In this document: piece by piece, positions 22,420-35,868 of the stretch
Position numbering within the stretch: position 1 is the stretch's first letter
How the letters are laid out: every line of letters begins with the position of its first letter
Assembly (NCBI RefSeq): GCF_016432865.1
Contig: NC_067400.1
Location: forward strand, 612,374,001 to 612,438,000
Source: Antechinus flavipes
Lineage: Eukaryota
Direction: 5' to 3'
DNA: 64,000 nucleotides
Program-made: the position numbers and the translations under genes
The notes under the pieces: generated by a model
What the model was told of the DNA's origin: nothing
Database searches by the model: none
The model's input: the letters and a program-made list of their open reading frames with translations, nothing else

Positions 22420-25400
22420 TCAGACCACCAGACTCTCCCGGCTCAGGCCTAGGTCCTGTGGAGAACAAGGAGAGCCCCTAAGGGTGGGCTACACCCAAGT
22501 CCCCTCCCCCCCACGAAGCCACACCCAAAAGTCCCCTCCCCTGGCAGGGGGCAACCATACCAAGACTGGGCCTACTTACCTTTCTAAGCCTCCTTTCTCG
22601 GGATGACTGTGATTCTGTTTCAGTATAGGGAGGTGGAGCTGGGGGGTAATAGGGTTCTTCTTCCTCCTCCCTGTGGGGTCTCCTCCTCTCCCCCTTTTTT
22701 CTCAGCACCTCTTCTAAGAAGCGGCCATCATAGTCCGGGTCCTTGGCCCGCCTGTGGCTCTCCTGTGGGTCCCTGCGGGAGACATCTGGGGTTCGGCTCC
22801 GGGACCTGAAGTCTCCGATATAGGGGTCTCCAGATCGGGAGTAGAGGTCGTCTCTGCTGCGACTTCTTGGAGGCCCGTAAGCCCGGCTCCGGCCCCTTTC
22901 TGAAGGGGATGTCCTTCCCGATTCCACAGAGCTGGTCCTATCTAGGTCATCCAGAGCATCCATTGAGTGGGCACGGGGCCGCCCGGCTGCCCAGCCTCTG
23001 TGCCGCTCTCGGGGATGCTCTGGTACCCATCCCCGGGGGCTTCTTTGGCTGCGATAGTCCAGATCTTCATCCTGGATGGGGGTGAGGGCAGGGCCTCGGT
23101 GGGGCCGGGAGCGCCAGTCGTCCTCGTGAAGGGAAGTCACTTCACTCATGGCTGGGAGAGCAAGAAAAGGATGGTTGCTGGGGAGTTTAGAGGGAGAGGG
23201 AAAGATGGCATCAAGGGTAGGTGCCAGTGAGCAAGGGGTGGAAGTGGCCCATGCCCTCCCTGTCTAAGACTCCAGGATCTGCCATCCTCCACCGACTTAC
23301 CCCTCTCCACCCGGCCATTGGGCAGGCCAGGCCGGGAAGGGTCAAAGTTGGCAAGCTCCTTCTCCATGTAGTACAGCACCCTCATGGAGTCGTCCTGCTG
23401 GTTGGCCTGAATTCGATAACCACTGCGCACTTCTAAAGGGCAAGACGAGAACACGCGGCCATCGGCAGGAGATCTGATGGGCAAGGCTCTTTCTCTCCGA
23501 TCCCAAGTCCCAGGGTCATCCCTGTTCCCTCATCAAGACCCAGACTTGAATATCTGACTCACCTGAGTTTCTGGAACTGTCTGTGTCTCGAAGAAGGGGC
23601 ACCTGGGAGCTGTGGCCACCGACTGAGGGAGAGAGATGATCAGGATCCAGCCACCCTTCCAGCCCATCACCCTGGGACCAGGCATCTTGTCCAATGGCCT
23701 TCCTGGAGGCCCTAGAGCTTCAGCTCATCCTGTCCCCATGGTCCTCTCCAACCCTTCCTTCCTCAGCAATGTCCCATCCCCAAGGACCCAAGCCACGTCC
23801 CCCATCCTCCCCCCAACAAGCATTCGCTTTCCTCAGTCTTCACCTGAGCTCTGTCGGTCAAAATCCCCGGCAAAGCCATTGTGGATGGGACCTAGTGGGA
23901 TCATTGGTGCAGGGGAAGGAGCCTTGGTTGGAGAGAGGTGAGCATAGGTGCTGGGTGCGTAGACACTGGGTGCATAAATGCTCGGGACTCCCGAGGTGGC
24001 AGCTTTACCAGCAGCATACACTGGGAGAAAAGTCATAGACAGCAGAACATAAGCTTCTTGAGAGCAGGGGAGCAGTTCTTTATTACAGCATAGGGCCTAG
24101 CGTATCGCAAGTGCTTATTAAATGAACTGAATCAACAAGGGAGGGACACAGTGATACCCTCAACATATCAGTCCCCTCCGGTTCCTCACTGGCCTCCAGT
24201 GCTTTAATACATTATCCTCAAGGGCAGGTACCATAAAGAGAGAGGGAGAGGGAGAACAGAGGCACTGAAGGCAGGACTTGGTGATGGAATTAAGGGATGA
24301 TGGTCCCCTGCTACTCCAGACCCTTCACTGGCTGCTGAGGAGGTAAAAAACCAACACAGATGCAGTTTCACAATCACAAGGGCTAGAGACACCCCTTGGT
24401 CTTGGGAGAGACTCACACTCATAACTGTGCAACAGACTTTTGAAGAGAGAAGCATTTAATGGTTGGGGAGTGGGGGACCAGACTGGCCCGGCCCATGCGA
24501 TGAAATAATTGAACATCAGAGTCCCCGTACTGGCTTGCCTCAGGTGGGAAGGAAGCCAAGAACTTCCAAGCCAAAATGGCCAAGGGGACAGGTCCCTATT
24601 TAATCTAGTTCTCAATTATGCATAATAGCCCATCAATTTCCATGCATCCATCCTCTCTGATCCAGAGTGTTCCCTGGAAATAGAAAGCTTAGTCTGGGAG
24701 TCATCTGTGAGGAGGAAGGAAGTTGCTAACAAGGGGTTGGGGGAAGGCTACAATTAGCAGTTTACTAATTAGTAGTGGGAACAGCTGCTTCTTGCTGACT
24801 CAGTTTGGCTAGGGCTGGGAGTCAGCCTGATTCCAAGTGTCCCAGTGACCGACAGGGGTCCTTGCCTTAGTTTTCCCCATCTGTGAAATGAGGCTGATAA
24901 ATACCCGCCCAGTTTCTCATGGCCACTGGCTTCCAAAAGCACCTTAAGAACACCATCAGCAGTAGTGGGCTATTATGAGCAGTCCTGTAGAGAAGGCGGC
25001 TGGATTAAAAAAATCTGAGATCCTTCCCACCACTCATGTTAGGAAGAACATGGCTGCCCTCAAAACTCCACTCAGACACCACCTCCTCTGAGGTTTTCCT
25101 GATTCCCTCTCCTCCAATTACAGCAACACCTATGGGCCAGGTGCTGGAGACGGCGCGACAAACGATGCGGCGCCCTCACTCTGGGAGCTGGAGATGACAT
25201 ATGCACGTGTGATCACAAACAAAGCAGACATACGGTGACTGAGGCGGGGAGGGGTAGCACTGTCCCTGGGGGGAAGAGGCCCCTGAACAGAGCCAGGAAG
25301 CAGGCAGCCTGGTGGTGGGTGAAACAGGAACGCTCGTACAGTATGTGTGACCTCATGTGCTTTATGTATAGTAGGCACATGTGTCGTTTTCATGGCTAGA

Positions 25401-28400
25401 AAGAGAGCTTCTTGAGGATGGGAATTTTCCAGCTTGGGGTTTTTTGGTCAGTGAATACCCAGCAGACAGTAGGCGCTTACTAAATGTTTACTGATGGAGT
25501 GGTACCTAATAAGGAATGGATAACATTCCCCTAGCTCCCTGGCCACTACCCCATACTTAAGAGTCCCTGAAGGCCAAAGACCGATTTTGACTTTATTTTT
25601 AAATGTAACCTCATTTCTTTTCTATTAGACTTTTACCTATTGTATGACGTTTCCCAATTACGTTGTAATCTAGTCTGTTATTGAGTTGTTTCAGTTGTGA
25701 CTGGTTCTTCGTGATCCCTTTTGGAGTTTCCTTGGCAGATGTGGAGTGGTCTGCCATTCCCTTCTCCAGCTCATTTTACAAATACGGAAATTGAGGCAGA
25801 CCGGGTAGTGGCTTTCCCAGAGTCACACAGGTAGGAAGTGTCTGAGGCTAGACCCAGTTGGTTTGACATCTGTGATCTCAGCCATTGATGTTTGAAAACA
25901 AATAAAACCCAAATCACAGAATCCAGTTCTTGCAACATCCCTGAGACCACCACTTGATGGAAAATCCCCAACCGATGGCCACTAGGGGGCACCATAGTGC
26001 AGAGTGCTGGAGTCAGGGAGGCTGTGGAGTTCAATACAGCCTCAGAAATTTGCCAGTCCAGTGACCCTGGACAAGCCCCTTCACCCCGTCTGCCTCAGTT
26101 TCCTCATTCGTTAAGTGAGCTGGAAAAGCAAGCAACAAACCACTCCAAGAAAGCCTCCCCAAAAAACGGAACAAGATGTTTTGGGAATCTATGCTTGAAA
26201 TGAGCCCCCAAGCCTTATCTCCCCTAAAAAAACAACTATTACCTCCCCCCAGAAACTGCCTCGATCCCGCCAACCCGCCCCTCCTCTCTCCCAAGACCTA
26301 CACACCCGCTCCCAGGTTGGGGGCAGCAAAGGCCAGAGCAGCACTTACGGGCCTCAGGGCAGCAGCACTTGTCCGGGCAGCAGGGGCAGCGCACGTAGCA
26401 GCAGCACGTGTGGGGGCAGCACTGGCACCAGCAGATGCCCAGGAGGAGGAAGACCAGGAAGGCGGCCAGGATCACCACCACCACAAAGAGCCAATCTGTA
26501 AGAAAAACTGATTGGGGCACAGAGCCGAGATCCTGGCTCAGGCAGGGAGAGAGGCGGGGAGCACGAGGGCGGGAGGTGCCCCGGCTGGCTCCCGGCTCTG
26601 TGCTCAGGGCAGGGGACCCCAAAAAAGGGTCTTAAAGACGGTGCAGCCGCAGGAGCGGCAGGCAGACGGGCCAGACTGACAGCCATGTCCATCCCCACAA
26701 ACCCCCCTCACGGGCTTCCTTAAAAGCTTCCTCAGCGCCTTTGGAAGTCATTCTCTGAATCACACCATCTCCAAAGCACTGAGTAGCGAAGCTGGTTGTT
26801 TGGGGGACTTTGGGGTCCTGGGGAGAGGAAGGGATAACATAGGGAAGTCTAGTAATATGAAAAACCAAAGAACAATCATGAACTTATTTTTACAACTCAC
26901 AGAACCAAATCTTCAAGGATAATTAGACAATAATCACAATAATAATGCTGTAACCAACAAGCCTCCCAAAGAAAGGTGGTGGACCACAAGTGCCGAGTAG
27001 GGCACGCTTCTGTTGGACCCAGGCACTGTGTCGATTTGTTTTGCCTAAGTGTACTTTTCTTTATTATAAGGTGAGGGGTGGGTGCAGGGAGTCATTAAGA
27101 AGAGATTAGTATATCAGCAATTCATTTGAAGACAGCTGGTCACCTAGAAATTAAGACTAGTACTTTTTTTTTTTTTTGTCTTTGTCCCATAACAGATACT
27201 CAATGATCGCTGAATTCAATTGAACTTAAATCTTAAAACTTTCCTCTGAGATCAGCAGGTAGAGGTTGTAACCCCCATTTTTCAGACAATGCTAATAGCT
27301 AGCTAGCACACCAGAAAAACCACATTAATATTTTTGAGGTGCTTTGACAAATATGACCTCATTTGGTCCTCAAAGCAATCCTATGAGATGGGGGCTATTA
27401 CTATTCCCATTTTACAGTTAAGGTAAGTAGAACAGAGAGATTAAGTGTCTTATGATTGGTGAGTCTCTGAGGCAAGATTTGAACTCGGGTTTCTCATTCT
27501 CCAAGCCACTGTAGCTGCTGTGAAAGGGTTGCCCTGAGCAGAGCTAATTGGAGCTGGCCCCACTCTTCCAGGAGCTGCATGTCCCCCTGTCCGTAGCGCC
27601 AGACAATCCACGTGGAGAGGAGAGCCCGGTTGACTGAGGGGAGGGAGACCCCCCCTCCCCGATAGTCTTCACAAGGTGCTACCCTAATCTGGAGCCCAGG
27701 AGAGGTGGCTCTGGAGCGGGGAGGAGAGGAGGCAGGACAGTAAGAGTGTTCAGAAGGTGAAAAACGACAGGCGATGGGGAGGGGAACAAGGACACTCTAG
27801 CCTCCACCCCGTACCTTCCATGGGCCCTATCTGAAAGTCTGGTAAGAGTTCCGCCACCCCCGAGGTCTTGCCTGGAGGGACAAAAGAGAAACACGATTAT
27901 TCCAGCAGGAAGCTGGCCAGGAGAGGAGAGGAGGCCCTTCTACCCGCTCCAGCCCACCAGGGCCTAAGCACGCCAGCTCTCTGCCACGCGCTGAACTACA
28001 AGGCTGCCCATGAGGGCCCAAGGCCCCCAGCCCGACCAAGCGCTGCCGGCACTCATTGCTCCTACGCTACAAGGGCAGCTCGCGACGTGCTCCATCACAC
28101 CCACTGTGGAATACGGGCTTCAGGCCATCAATATATATGGACCGGCTCGTCGATATATATATTTGTCATCACTGCAGTGCAGCCGTGGAGCTGGGTAACA
28201 TGCAGTAACAGTACCACACCACGTGTCCCCAGGGGAGGCCGCCAGCTGTCCTTGCCTGACCCTGCCTCTGCTTTGGGGGAAGTATCACTGGCTCTGCCCA
28301 CCTCCCAGAGGGCACAAGGCCTGTTCCCATTGCTGCAGGGGGGCAAGCTGAGGCACGGATACTGAGTCGGCCCCAGGAGGGCTAACGGTTGTTGGTGCTG

Positions 28401-29682
28401 GGCCAGGGTGGGAAGTTTTGCAGCATGGGTATGGATGGCCAAAGGCAGAACTAGGCAGGAAGGAAGGAAAGCAGCCCAAAGCAGGGGAAGGGGACCCAGC
28501 CAGCTCTCCCTCTTCATCCACACTGATAGAGGGTAGGGAAGTAATCCATAAACACCATAGAATCCCGCCTGTCTGACTCTGGAATGAGTGCTGCTGCTGC
28601 TGCTGCTGCTGCTGCTGCACAAAACCCAGTCCCCTGGGCTGTGTGAGGAGGCCCTGGCCCCTTCCTCATTCAGTGTGGAGGGGGGTGGGTGAGGCCATTT
28701 CCTCTGCCTAGAGGGTGCTGTGTATAAATCTAAGGGTGACTAGGCTGGCCGGGGGAGGAGAAGCTGAAGCATGAATCAGACCCAGGAAGCAGACAGACAG
28801 ACGGGGGATGAGGGAAGGGATCCCAAAGCCCCTTCCAGGCCCCAGGCCCCATGCCCCACCCCAATACCTCCAGCCTTGCCCCCTTACCAAGGACAATGAG
28901 CTCGGCGTAAGCCTCATTGTTGCCTTGGAGGTCCTGGGCAGAGACCACAGAGCAATAGTAGACGCCACTGTCTCCCCACGCGGTCTGGTCAAAAGTCAGG
29001 TCAGCATCTGGGCAGGAAGACAGATATTTGAGGGGATGTCTGGAAAGGGGCAGTACTTTCCTAGTGTGCCTAGATGGGACAGACATGGCCCGAGCCCTCG
29101 GGCGCTTCCCCAGAAGCTGCTCCCAAGGCATCAGCCCACTCTGCGCCCCTGTCGGGAGCCACTATCCACTGTGGGCCCCATGACAATCTGGGGCATCCTG
29201 CCACTCCTTCCCTGGCTGGGGGAAGCCTTAATTTCCATGGTCCCCGGAATGGGACCGTGCCTGTCTCTCGGCATTTCCTGTTTCCTCCTTACTGCACAGG
29301 CGCTAATTACTTGCATCCATTTAGCCACCAACCAGAGATTGCAAGGCCAGATTCCCTGAGGCTGGAAGGTCAGGTAAAGATTTGGGAGCCGGCCCCCAAG
29401 CCAGGAGCTCCTCACTGATGTCCACCCACTTGGTTTTTCAAATACTTCAATAAATATATTTCAGTGTAATTGGTTCCCTCATCCTCAGTATTTAATTCTG
29501 AGAAGAGGACCACAGGCTTCCCAGACTCCCTGAGAGTCCATTACACAATGGAGGACAAGAACCATCCCCCGCACCTGTACAGCCTGATCTATAGCATTCA
29601 TGCTGCTATAGTCATACTGCACCCCCTCCAGGGAGGTCAGTCCTGCCACTTCCAAGCTCCCTGTCTTACTTTCTCCAAGAAG

Positions 29683-29734
<52 letters not shown>

Positions 29735-32597
29735 ATACACAAGAGGGATTGGGGGGCGGGGGGAGGGGAGTAGGTGACCAGCAAGAACTCAAAGACTTGT
29801 GCAATTGGATGAACAGTCCTAACAAAGTCAAGTAAGGTCACCCAGCAGTTAGAGGCAGAGCCAACAGACAAGCTTTCATTCATTAATTCATTCAACAAAC
29901 GTTTACTGAGCAGCTTTGTATGAGTGAATGCTGAGCTCAGAGAATCTGGGAGGGCTGAACCCTAGAGGCAAACTCAGGAGAGAGTGGCCTTCTGGTCCAG
30001 GGATCTGGCTCTATCACTGAGCTACTCTAGAGTCCGGAGAAGTCCCAGACTGTGCCTGGAAGGCTTCCTCCTCAGTAACAAAAATGGGGGTTGGGAGGGT
30101 TACATTAAAACCCTTCCTCTTTAGCATGTAAAAGGTGCCTGGCCCACCCTTGACCTCTTGTCTCTCTACCACTGGAAGGTGGAGTCTGTTAAGCATTTAT
30201 ACACTTCCTGCTCCATCTTACGCACTCCCAGTGATGGTGATCCGTCGCCCTTGATAGAAGTCGCCCAGAGTCACGGCGTTCCCTTGCTTGGTGGCCACCA
30301 CCCTCACTGTTCGGGAGCTGTCCTGGCACTCCACATAAGGGTTGTAGCCTGGGTTGCCAGCAGCGAGCTGGTTGTTGAGCTGGGTGTCAGCACTGGCTGA
30401 GGAGAAAGCATCGGCAACGCGATCTCGGCAGAAGGACTTATACTTCCAGATGACGATGGGGGTGGTGGGCACCCCTGACAGCTGGTAGGAGCAGGGAAGG
30501 GTCACGGGCTGGAACAGGATCACCACTTGGAAGGGTTTGGACACCGTGACCTGGATGCAGCCAACAGGAGCTGGGAGGTCAAGATGAGAAGTCAGGGGTC
30601 AGTGAGAGATAGAGGACGCTACCTTAACCACACTAATCATCGTCTTTCACATCTGCTCGGCACGTTTTCATACTCATTATCTTGTATGACCCTTTAAATC
30701 GCCCTAATAAAAAGGCAAGGCAAGGGATTATTAGCTCCTTTTTACAGATAAGGAAACTGAGGCACCAAGGCATGAAGTCACACAACATGGAGTATGACTA
30801 GAACCTAGAAGCCTCAAAGGTCTGATGGCTGCCCTGTGGGAAAGCTTCCCAAGAGACCTGGACAAGCGCTTCACAGGATGCCCAGGCGGGTTGGGAATGG
30901 GCTTCAGTTAACAGCACAAACTGATGGATGAAAAGCTTTCTGCAAATCTTTAAACACAGTATTTATGCTATGATGATGGTTGTTGTTATTCAATTTTATG
31001 CACAACAGGTTTAAGGACTTTGGAAAACTAAAACAGGCCTGAAGGGAGAGAGGGACCAAGATGGAGAAGGGCCTTGAAAGCAGTTACTAGGAAAAGCAGT
31101 AGAAAGCACCAGAGGACAGGTGAAGAGCTGCCTTCTAAAGGTGAAGGGCTGTGTCACAGGAAGACTAGACTTGGGAACACTGAGTGAGAGTTGGGCTGAT
31201 GACAGAGACATCTTCCAGTTGGCACTGACTGCCAGGGGGTGGGCGCTTCCTTCTCACTGGAGCCTTCAGACAGAGGCTGGGTCTTCAGAATGTGCAGACC
31301 AGGATAACCACAGACAGAGGTCCTGCCAAGCACTGAAATTCTGCAATTCCAACATAGGGACAACAGTTGGAAAGAATAGCTACGCTGATGAGACTGATCC
31401 CATATGCATTTGAGTGACACAGAGCAAATCACTTTAAACTCCTAGAGAAGATAGTGATAGGTTGTTGGGGAGGAGAATATTTGAGCACAAAGCCACTTAC
31501 TAAAGTAATATACAGTGGATTTAATTTGGAAGCAACTGAACATTTCTGTATCCTTGGAACGGTCACTGACTGACCTCTGGTTTTCAGTTTTCTCAATCAG
31601 CAAGCACTTCTTAAGTGCCAACCTAACTCAGGTTATCCTTAGGACATCTAAGGTCCTTCCTATCTCTCAAAGTTTGTGAGTGCCAGCCTGTTTCCTCATC
31701 TGTCAGAGACAGAGATTACAATCCTTACAAAACTAGGAATCGGTGGGGAAAAATTGGAGTGGATGTGGTTCTCGAATCCTAGCTCTCTGGCAAGGTCCTC
31801 ATTTCCAGAGAAGACTGGCCTTTCAAATAACTGCCAGCCCCAAGCCTAGGATCCCAAACACTTGCGACCCGATTCCTCCTCCCAGCGCTGTCGGGAGGGA
31901 AGCCTTTCCTTAGAGTTTGCAAACACTGGAAGCACTGGAGCTGAGGTGGTGGGAGCAGTTCCCACCACCTCGGGGGCTCCGGGCTGGCATTTCCTCGACG
32001 AACCGCACCCAGCCGGGCTCTGCCAAGTGCCCGCACTTCCCCCCAGAGTCTGCAAACACCTGTTGCTGCAGTAGCCCTCGATCCCACTTGATCCAGTAGC
32101 TGCCCGAAAAGGGATCGCACGACAAATCGATGGCCAGCTCGCTAGCTGGGCCGGCCTAGCCTCCCCCTCCCCCCACCTCCGGACCCCGCAGCTCCGCGGG
32201 CACCGCTCCCATCCCCCTCCCCTGCCCATTGTCCCAGAAAGGCTGGAGCTGCGGGAAGTTTCGCTTCCTGCCGCCCGGTGGGGGCGGGCCGCTCCCTGCT
32301 CAGCCGCCCCGCCCGCCCAGGAAAGTCCCTCGAGGATAGCGAGTTTCAGGCTGTGGGCCGGGGAGGGGGAAGGGAGGAAGGGAGGAAAGGGTGTCTGGGA
32401 GATCGATGGGGGAAGGGGTCTTGGCCCGGCCAGCCCGCCCAACGCCCCCAACCCCACGCCCAGATACCTGAGCACCACGGGGTCAGCAGGAGCAGCAACA
32501 AGGGCAGGGGCAGCACACTCTGCCATCGTGGATTTCGTCCCGGGGACCTTGGGGGCGCACTCGTCCCCCCGTGGGGCCCGGGGGCCACCGGAGCCAT
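22420..32597 (-). CDS. LSR: Lipolysis-stimulated lipoprotein receptor / angulin-1, 591 aa
   Basis: Exons: 32468-32597 (signal peptide), 30226-30570 (Ig, [14 protein letters not shown]), 28888-29007 ([18 protein letters not shown]), 27815-27871 (cassette exon [18 protein letters not shown]), 26349-26495 (TM and Cys-rich [12 protein letters not shown]), 23844-24020, 23563-23622, 23301-23432, 22580-23151, 22420-22455 ([14 protein letters not shown] motif). 1776 nt, frame-consistent. Confidence 0.96.
25680..25870 (-). mobile_element. MAR1/MIR-like SINE
   Basis: GGTTCTTCGTGATCCCTTTTGGAGTTTCCTTGGCAG...GGAGTGGTCTGCCATTCCCTTCTCCAGCTCATTTTACA...GAGTCACACAG. Confidence 0.7.
28589..28618. repeat. (TGC)10 trinucleotide repeat in LSR intron 3
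   Basis: Direct reading. Confidence 0.95.
29685..29731. repeat. (TG)n microsatellite
   Basis: Direct reading. Confidence 0.95.
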
Positions 32598-32790
32598 GGG
32601 AGGTGCGTGCGCCTCCGGCGCCGTTCGCTCCCAGGTACAGCGGGAGATGGGAGGGGATTGGAAGGGATCGGAAGGGATGGGAGGGGACTGGACGCCGCCA
32701 GGGGAGGGGGCTGCGGGGGCAGGGGGACGGCCTGTACCATCGCTCTAGACGGGAGGGGGAGGTACACGCGCACACTCACCTGCCCATGTT
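31950..32790. promoter_or_regulatory. CpG island spanning LSR exon 1 and promoter
   Basis: CpG-dense, GC boxes (GGGGCGGG ~32281; CCCCGCCC ~32307). Confidence 0.7.
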
Positions 32791-34462
32791 TTCCCTTGAC
32801 GGCCCTTTGCGAGAATGCAGAAGAAGAGAAAGTGAAGACATATTATCCCTGTTTGGGTGATCTTTGGCTTCTGATATGACCAGAACTGTCCTTAATTCCC
32901 ACCCACCCTCCCCAAATCTTTTTTGTCCCATTTGGGAAATGGAATGGCCCAGGTACACCCAGGACGAGGGGGGTGGGGTCTAAGGAGCTGACCCCTCCCA
33001 TCCTCTCTGGAGCCCCGGAAATGGACCGGTCCAGGTGCGAGTCCAGGGAGGGCGACCCCAAATGACTGATGGGTGAAAGGAAGTGAGAGGATGCTCTCCT
33101 ACTATTTCCCCTACCCTTCAGTCAGAAACAACAGACCCTAAGCTCTGAGGACAGGAACAATAAGGAACGAACCACCTGTTGAGAGTGGGCGGGACCTGGA
33201 AGCTCACCTGTCCTTCCTCCCCCACAATGACAATGGACCAACCCAGGTACTTACTAGGAAAGAGATCGGGCGGGAGATTCCAAATGGGAATCCCATGGGG
33301 GTAAACAGTGATTGGATAAACCTTTGACTAATCCAACGCCCTCAACTTTCTCCGCACAACTTTTCTTAGAAGCTTCTCCCTCTCGAGTCTCCGCCTAATT
33401 AAATTAGTTTAACGGATTAACTGATTTTCATCAAAGTAAAACTCTGGATGTGTCCCTCGGGGGTGACTGAGGGTAAGTGGGCCACTATCCTCCTGTGTCC
33501 TCTCCCTCCATTCCTAGTTTCATGGTACAGCTCCCAAGAGTCCCTCCCTGAGGTCAGCAACCCTCCCCCTCCGCCCCTGGCCTGGGAACCTGAGCTTCTT
33601 AAAGGGGCAGCTTTGGTACGAAAGAATCAGAAGCCAAGTCCGGAATGAATCCCTTTCTTCTAGATTTCCTGACTTCACCTGCCCCAAGGGGACACTGGCT
33701 CTTCCCGCCACCTGGTGGATGTGGCAAAGAACACGACAAAGATGCGGAGGCGCTGGGTGCCCGGTCCCCAGAGCTAGAGTTTAAGAAAGTCCAGGGGGAC
33801 CTTCTGCCATCTAGCACGGACTTCTTCCCATTCCAACGTCCCAAGACTTTCCCCTCCAGCCAAACTGGACGCTCATCCCGAAGTCCCCGTGCCTTCTGGG
33901 GGTGAGGCTTGGCCATTCCCCTCCCTGCCTCAGTTTCCTTACCTGTAAATTAAAAGGATTGGACTAAAGGATCCCTAAAGGGCCTTCTAAACGCCTGTGG
34001 TCCTCTTGCTTTTATTCGAGCTGTTCCCCATATCAGGAATCCCTTCTTCCATCCTCCAGCTCTGGCCCTCCTTCAGAGCTCAACTGAAATGCTAGTTTGC
34101 CCAGAAAAGCCCCTTTCCTGGGACATCTTTCACTCTCTCCCTTGCATTTCGTGATGGGCTTGAACATTTGAAATCCTGCTCCTAACGCTAACTGTGATGT
34201 TGTGCAAATCTCTGGATCTCAGTTTCCTCCTTTATGAAATCAAGAAAATAATATGCTTGCCCCCTGCATTTGATTTTATTTTATTTATCTCTATGATGTA
34301 ACAAGGACTTATCAGAATTTACTTTCCTGGTTTTGGTTTGAACACATAAGAACTTTATTATTGTTCCAACGTTGGGAGGACTTGGCCTATTAATAGCAAG
34401 CCCTGAAAATCTTGGTCCTCCAATCCCTTGCTCCCTAGTGCCTATCATAGCAAGGGATTTAG

Positions 34463-35552
34463 GTTACCATATCAGTTAAAAGAAGAGAAAGCTTCCCATT
34501 GATTACAATGGGAAGTGGGAAGTTATACCCTTGCTGAAAGGTCAGCCTTTCCAAATACAACTACTAACAAACAATCTATCACCAATGATCTTGCTAGGGG
34601 AAAGTAAGATACAGTATTATGGTACCACATCAGTTTAAAAAAGAGAAAGCTTCCCATTGCATTACAATGGAAAGTGGGAAGTTAAACCCTTTCTGAAAGA
34701 TCAGCATTTCCAAATACAATTACTAAGAAACAATCTATCACCAATGATCTTGCTAGGGGAAAGTAAGATACAGTATTATGGTACCACATCAGTTTAAAAA
34801 AGAGAAAGCTTCCCATTGCATTACAATGGAAAGTGGGAAGTTAAACCCTTTCTGAAAGATCAGCATTTCCAAATACAATTACTAAGAAACAATCTATCAC
34901 CAATGATCTTGCTAGGGAAAATAAGATAGGATATTATGATACCATATCAGTTAAAAGAGGAGAAAGATTCCCATTGCATTACAATGGGAAATGGGAAGTT
35001 ATACCCTTGCTGAAGGCTCAGCATTTCCCAATACAGCTATTGAGACACAATCTATCCCCAATGGTCTTGCTAAGGAACAGGTACCATATCAGTTAAAAGA
35101 AGAGAAAGCTTCTCATTGGTTACAATGGGAAGTGGGAAGTTACACCCTTTTTGAAAGGTCAGCATTTCCAAATATAGCTACTAAGAAACAATCTATCACC
35201 AATGATCTTGCTAGGGGAAAGTAAGGTACAGTATTATGGTACTGTATTAGTTTTAAAAAAGAGAAAGCTTCCCATTGCACTACAATGGGAAATGGGAAGT
35301 TATACCCTTTCTGAAAGGTCAGCATTTCCAAATTCAGCTACTAAGAAACAATCTATCCCCAATGGTCTTGCTAGGGAACAGGTACCATATCAGTTAAAAG
35401 AAGAGAAAGTTTCCATTGCATTACGCTGGAAAATGGGAAGTTATACCCTTGCTGAAGGGTCAACATTTCCAAATACAGCTACTAACAAACAATCTATCAC
35501 CAATGGTCTTGCTAGGGAAAAGTAAGATACAGTATTGTGATACTGTATTAGT

Positions 35553-35590
<38 letters not shown>

Positions 35591-35868
35591 TTCCCATTGC
35601 ATTACAATGGGAAATGGGAAGTTATACTCTTTCTGAAGGCTCAGCATTTCCAAACAGCTACTGAGAAACAATCTATCACCTATGGTTCTTGCTAATGAAA
35701 ACTAAGATACAATGTTATGGTACTATATCAGTTAAAAGAGGAGAAAGTTTCCATTGCATCACTGATGGGAAATGGGAAGTTATATCCTTGCTGAAGGCCT
35801 AGCATTTCCAAATACAGCTACTGAGAAACAATCTATCCCCAATGGTCTTGCTAAGGAAAACTAAGATA
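34463..35868. repeat. Tandem array of 9 units of ~142-180 bp (mode 158-159)
   Basis: Anchor AGAAAG(C/T/A)TT(C)CCATTG recurs at about 34491, 34649, 34808, 34966, 35108, 35267, 35409, 35589 and 35747; unit 7 contains a (GA)n expansion. Confidence 0.95.

Noticed and set aside
28285-28620. Poly-Q ORF
   Set aside because: Intronic (CAG)10 microsatellite without exon boundaries.
30216-30221. Consensus-looking GTAAGA donor 4 nt beyond the LSR exon 2 donor
   Set aside because: Phase 2, incompatible with phase-1 exon 3; GTGCGT at 30225 keeps the frame.
32466-32490. REST/RE1-like AGCACCACGG
   Set aside because: Only the left half matches and it lies in coding sequence.
34463-35868. CRISPR-like or snoRNA-cluster interpretation of the 158-bp array
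   Set aside because: Vertebrate DNA, no unique spacers or cas genes, and no consistent C/D or H/ACA boxes seen.
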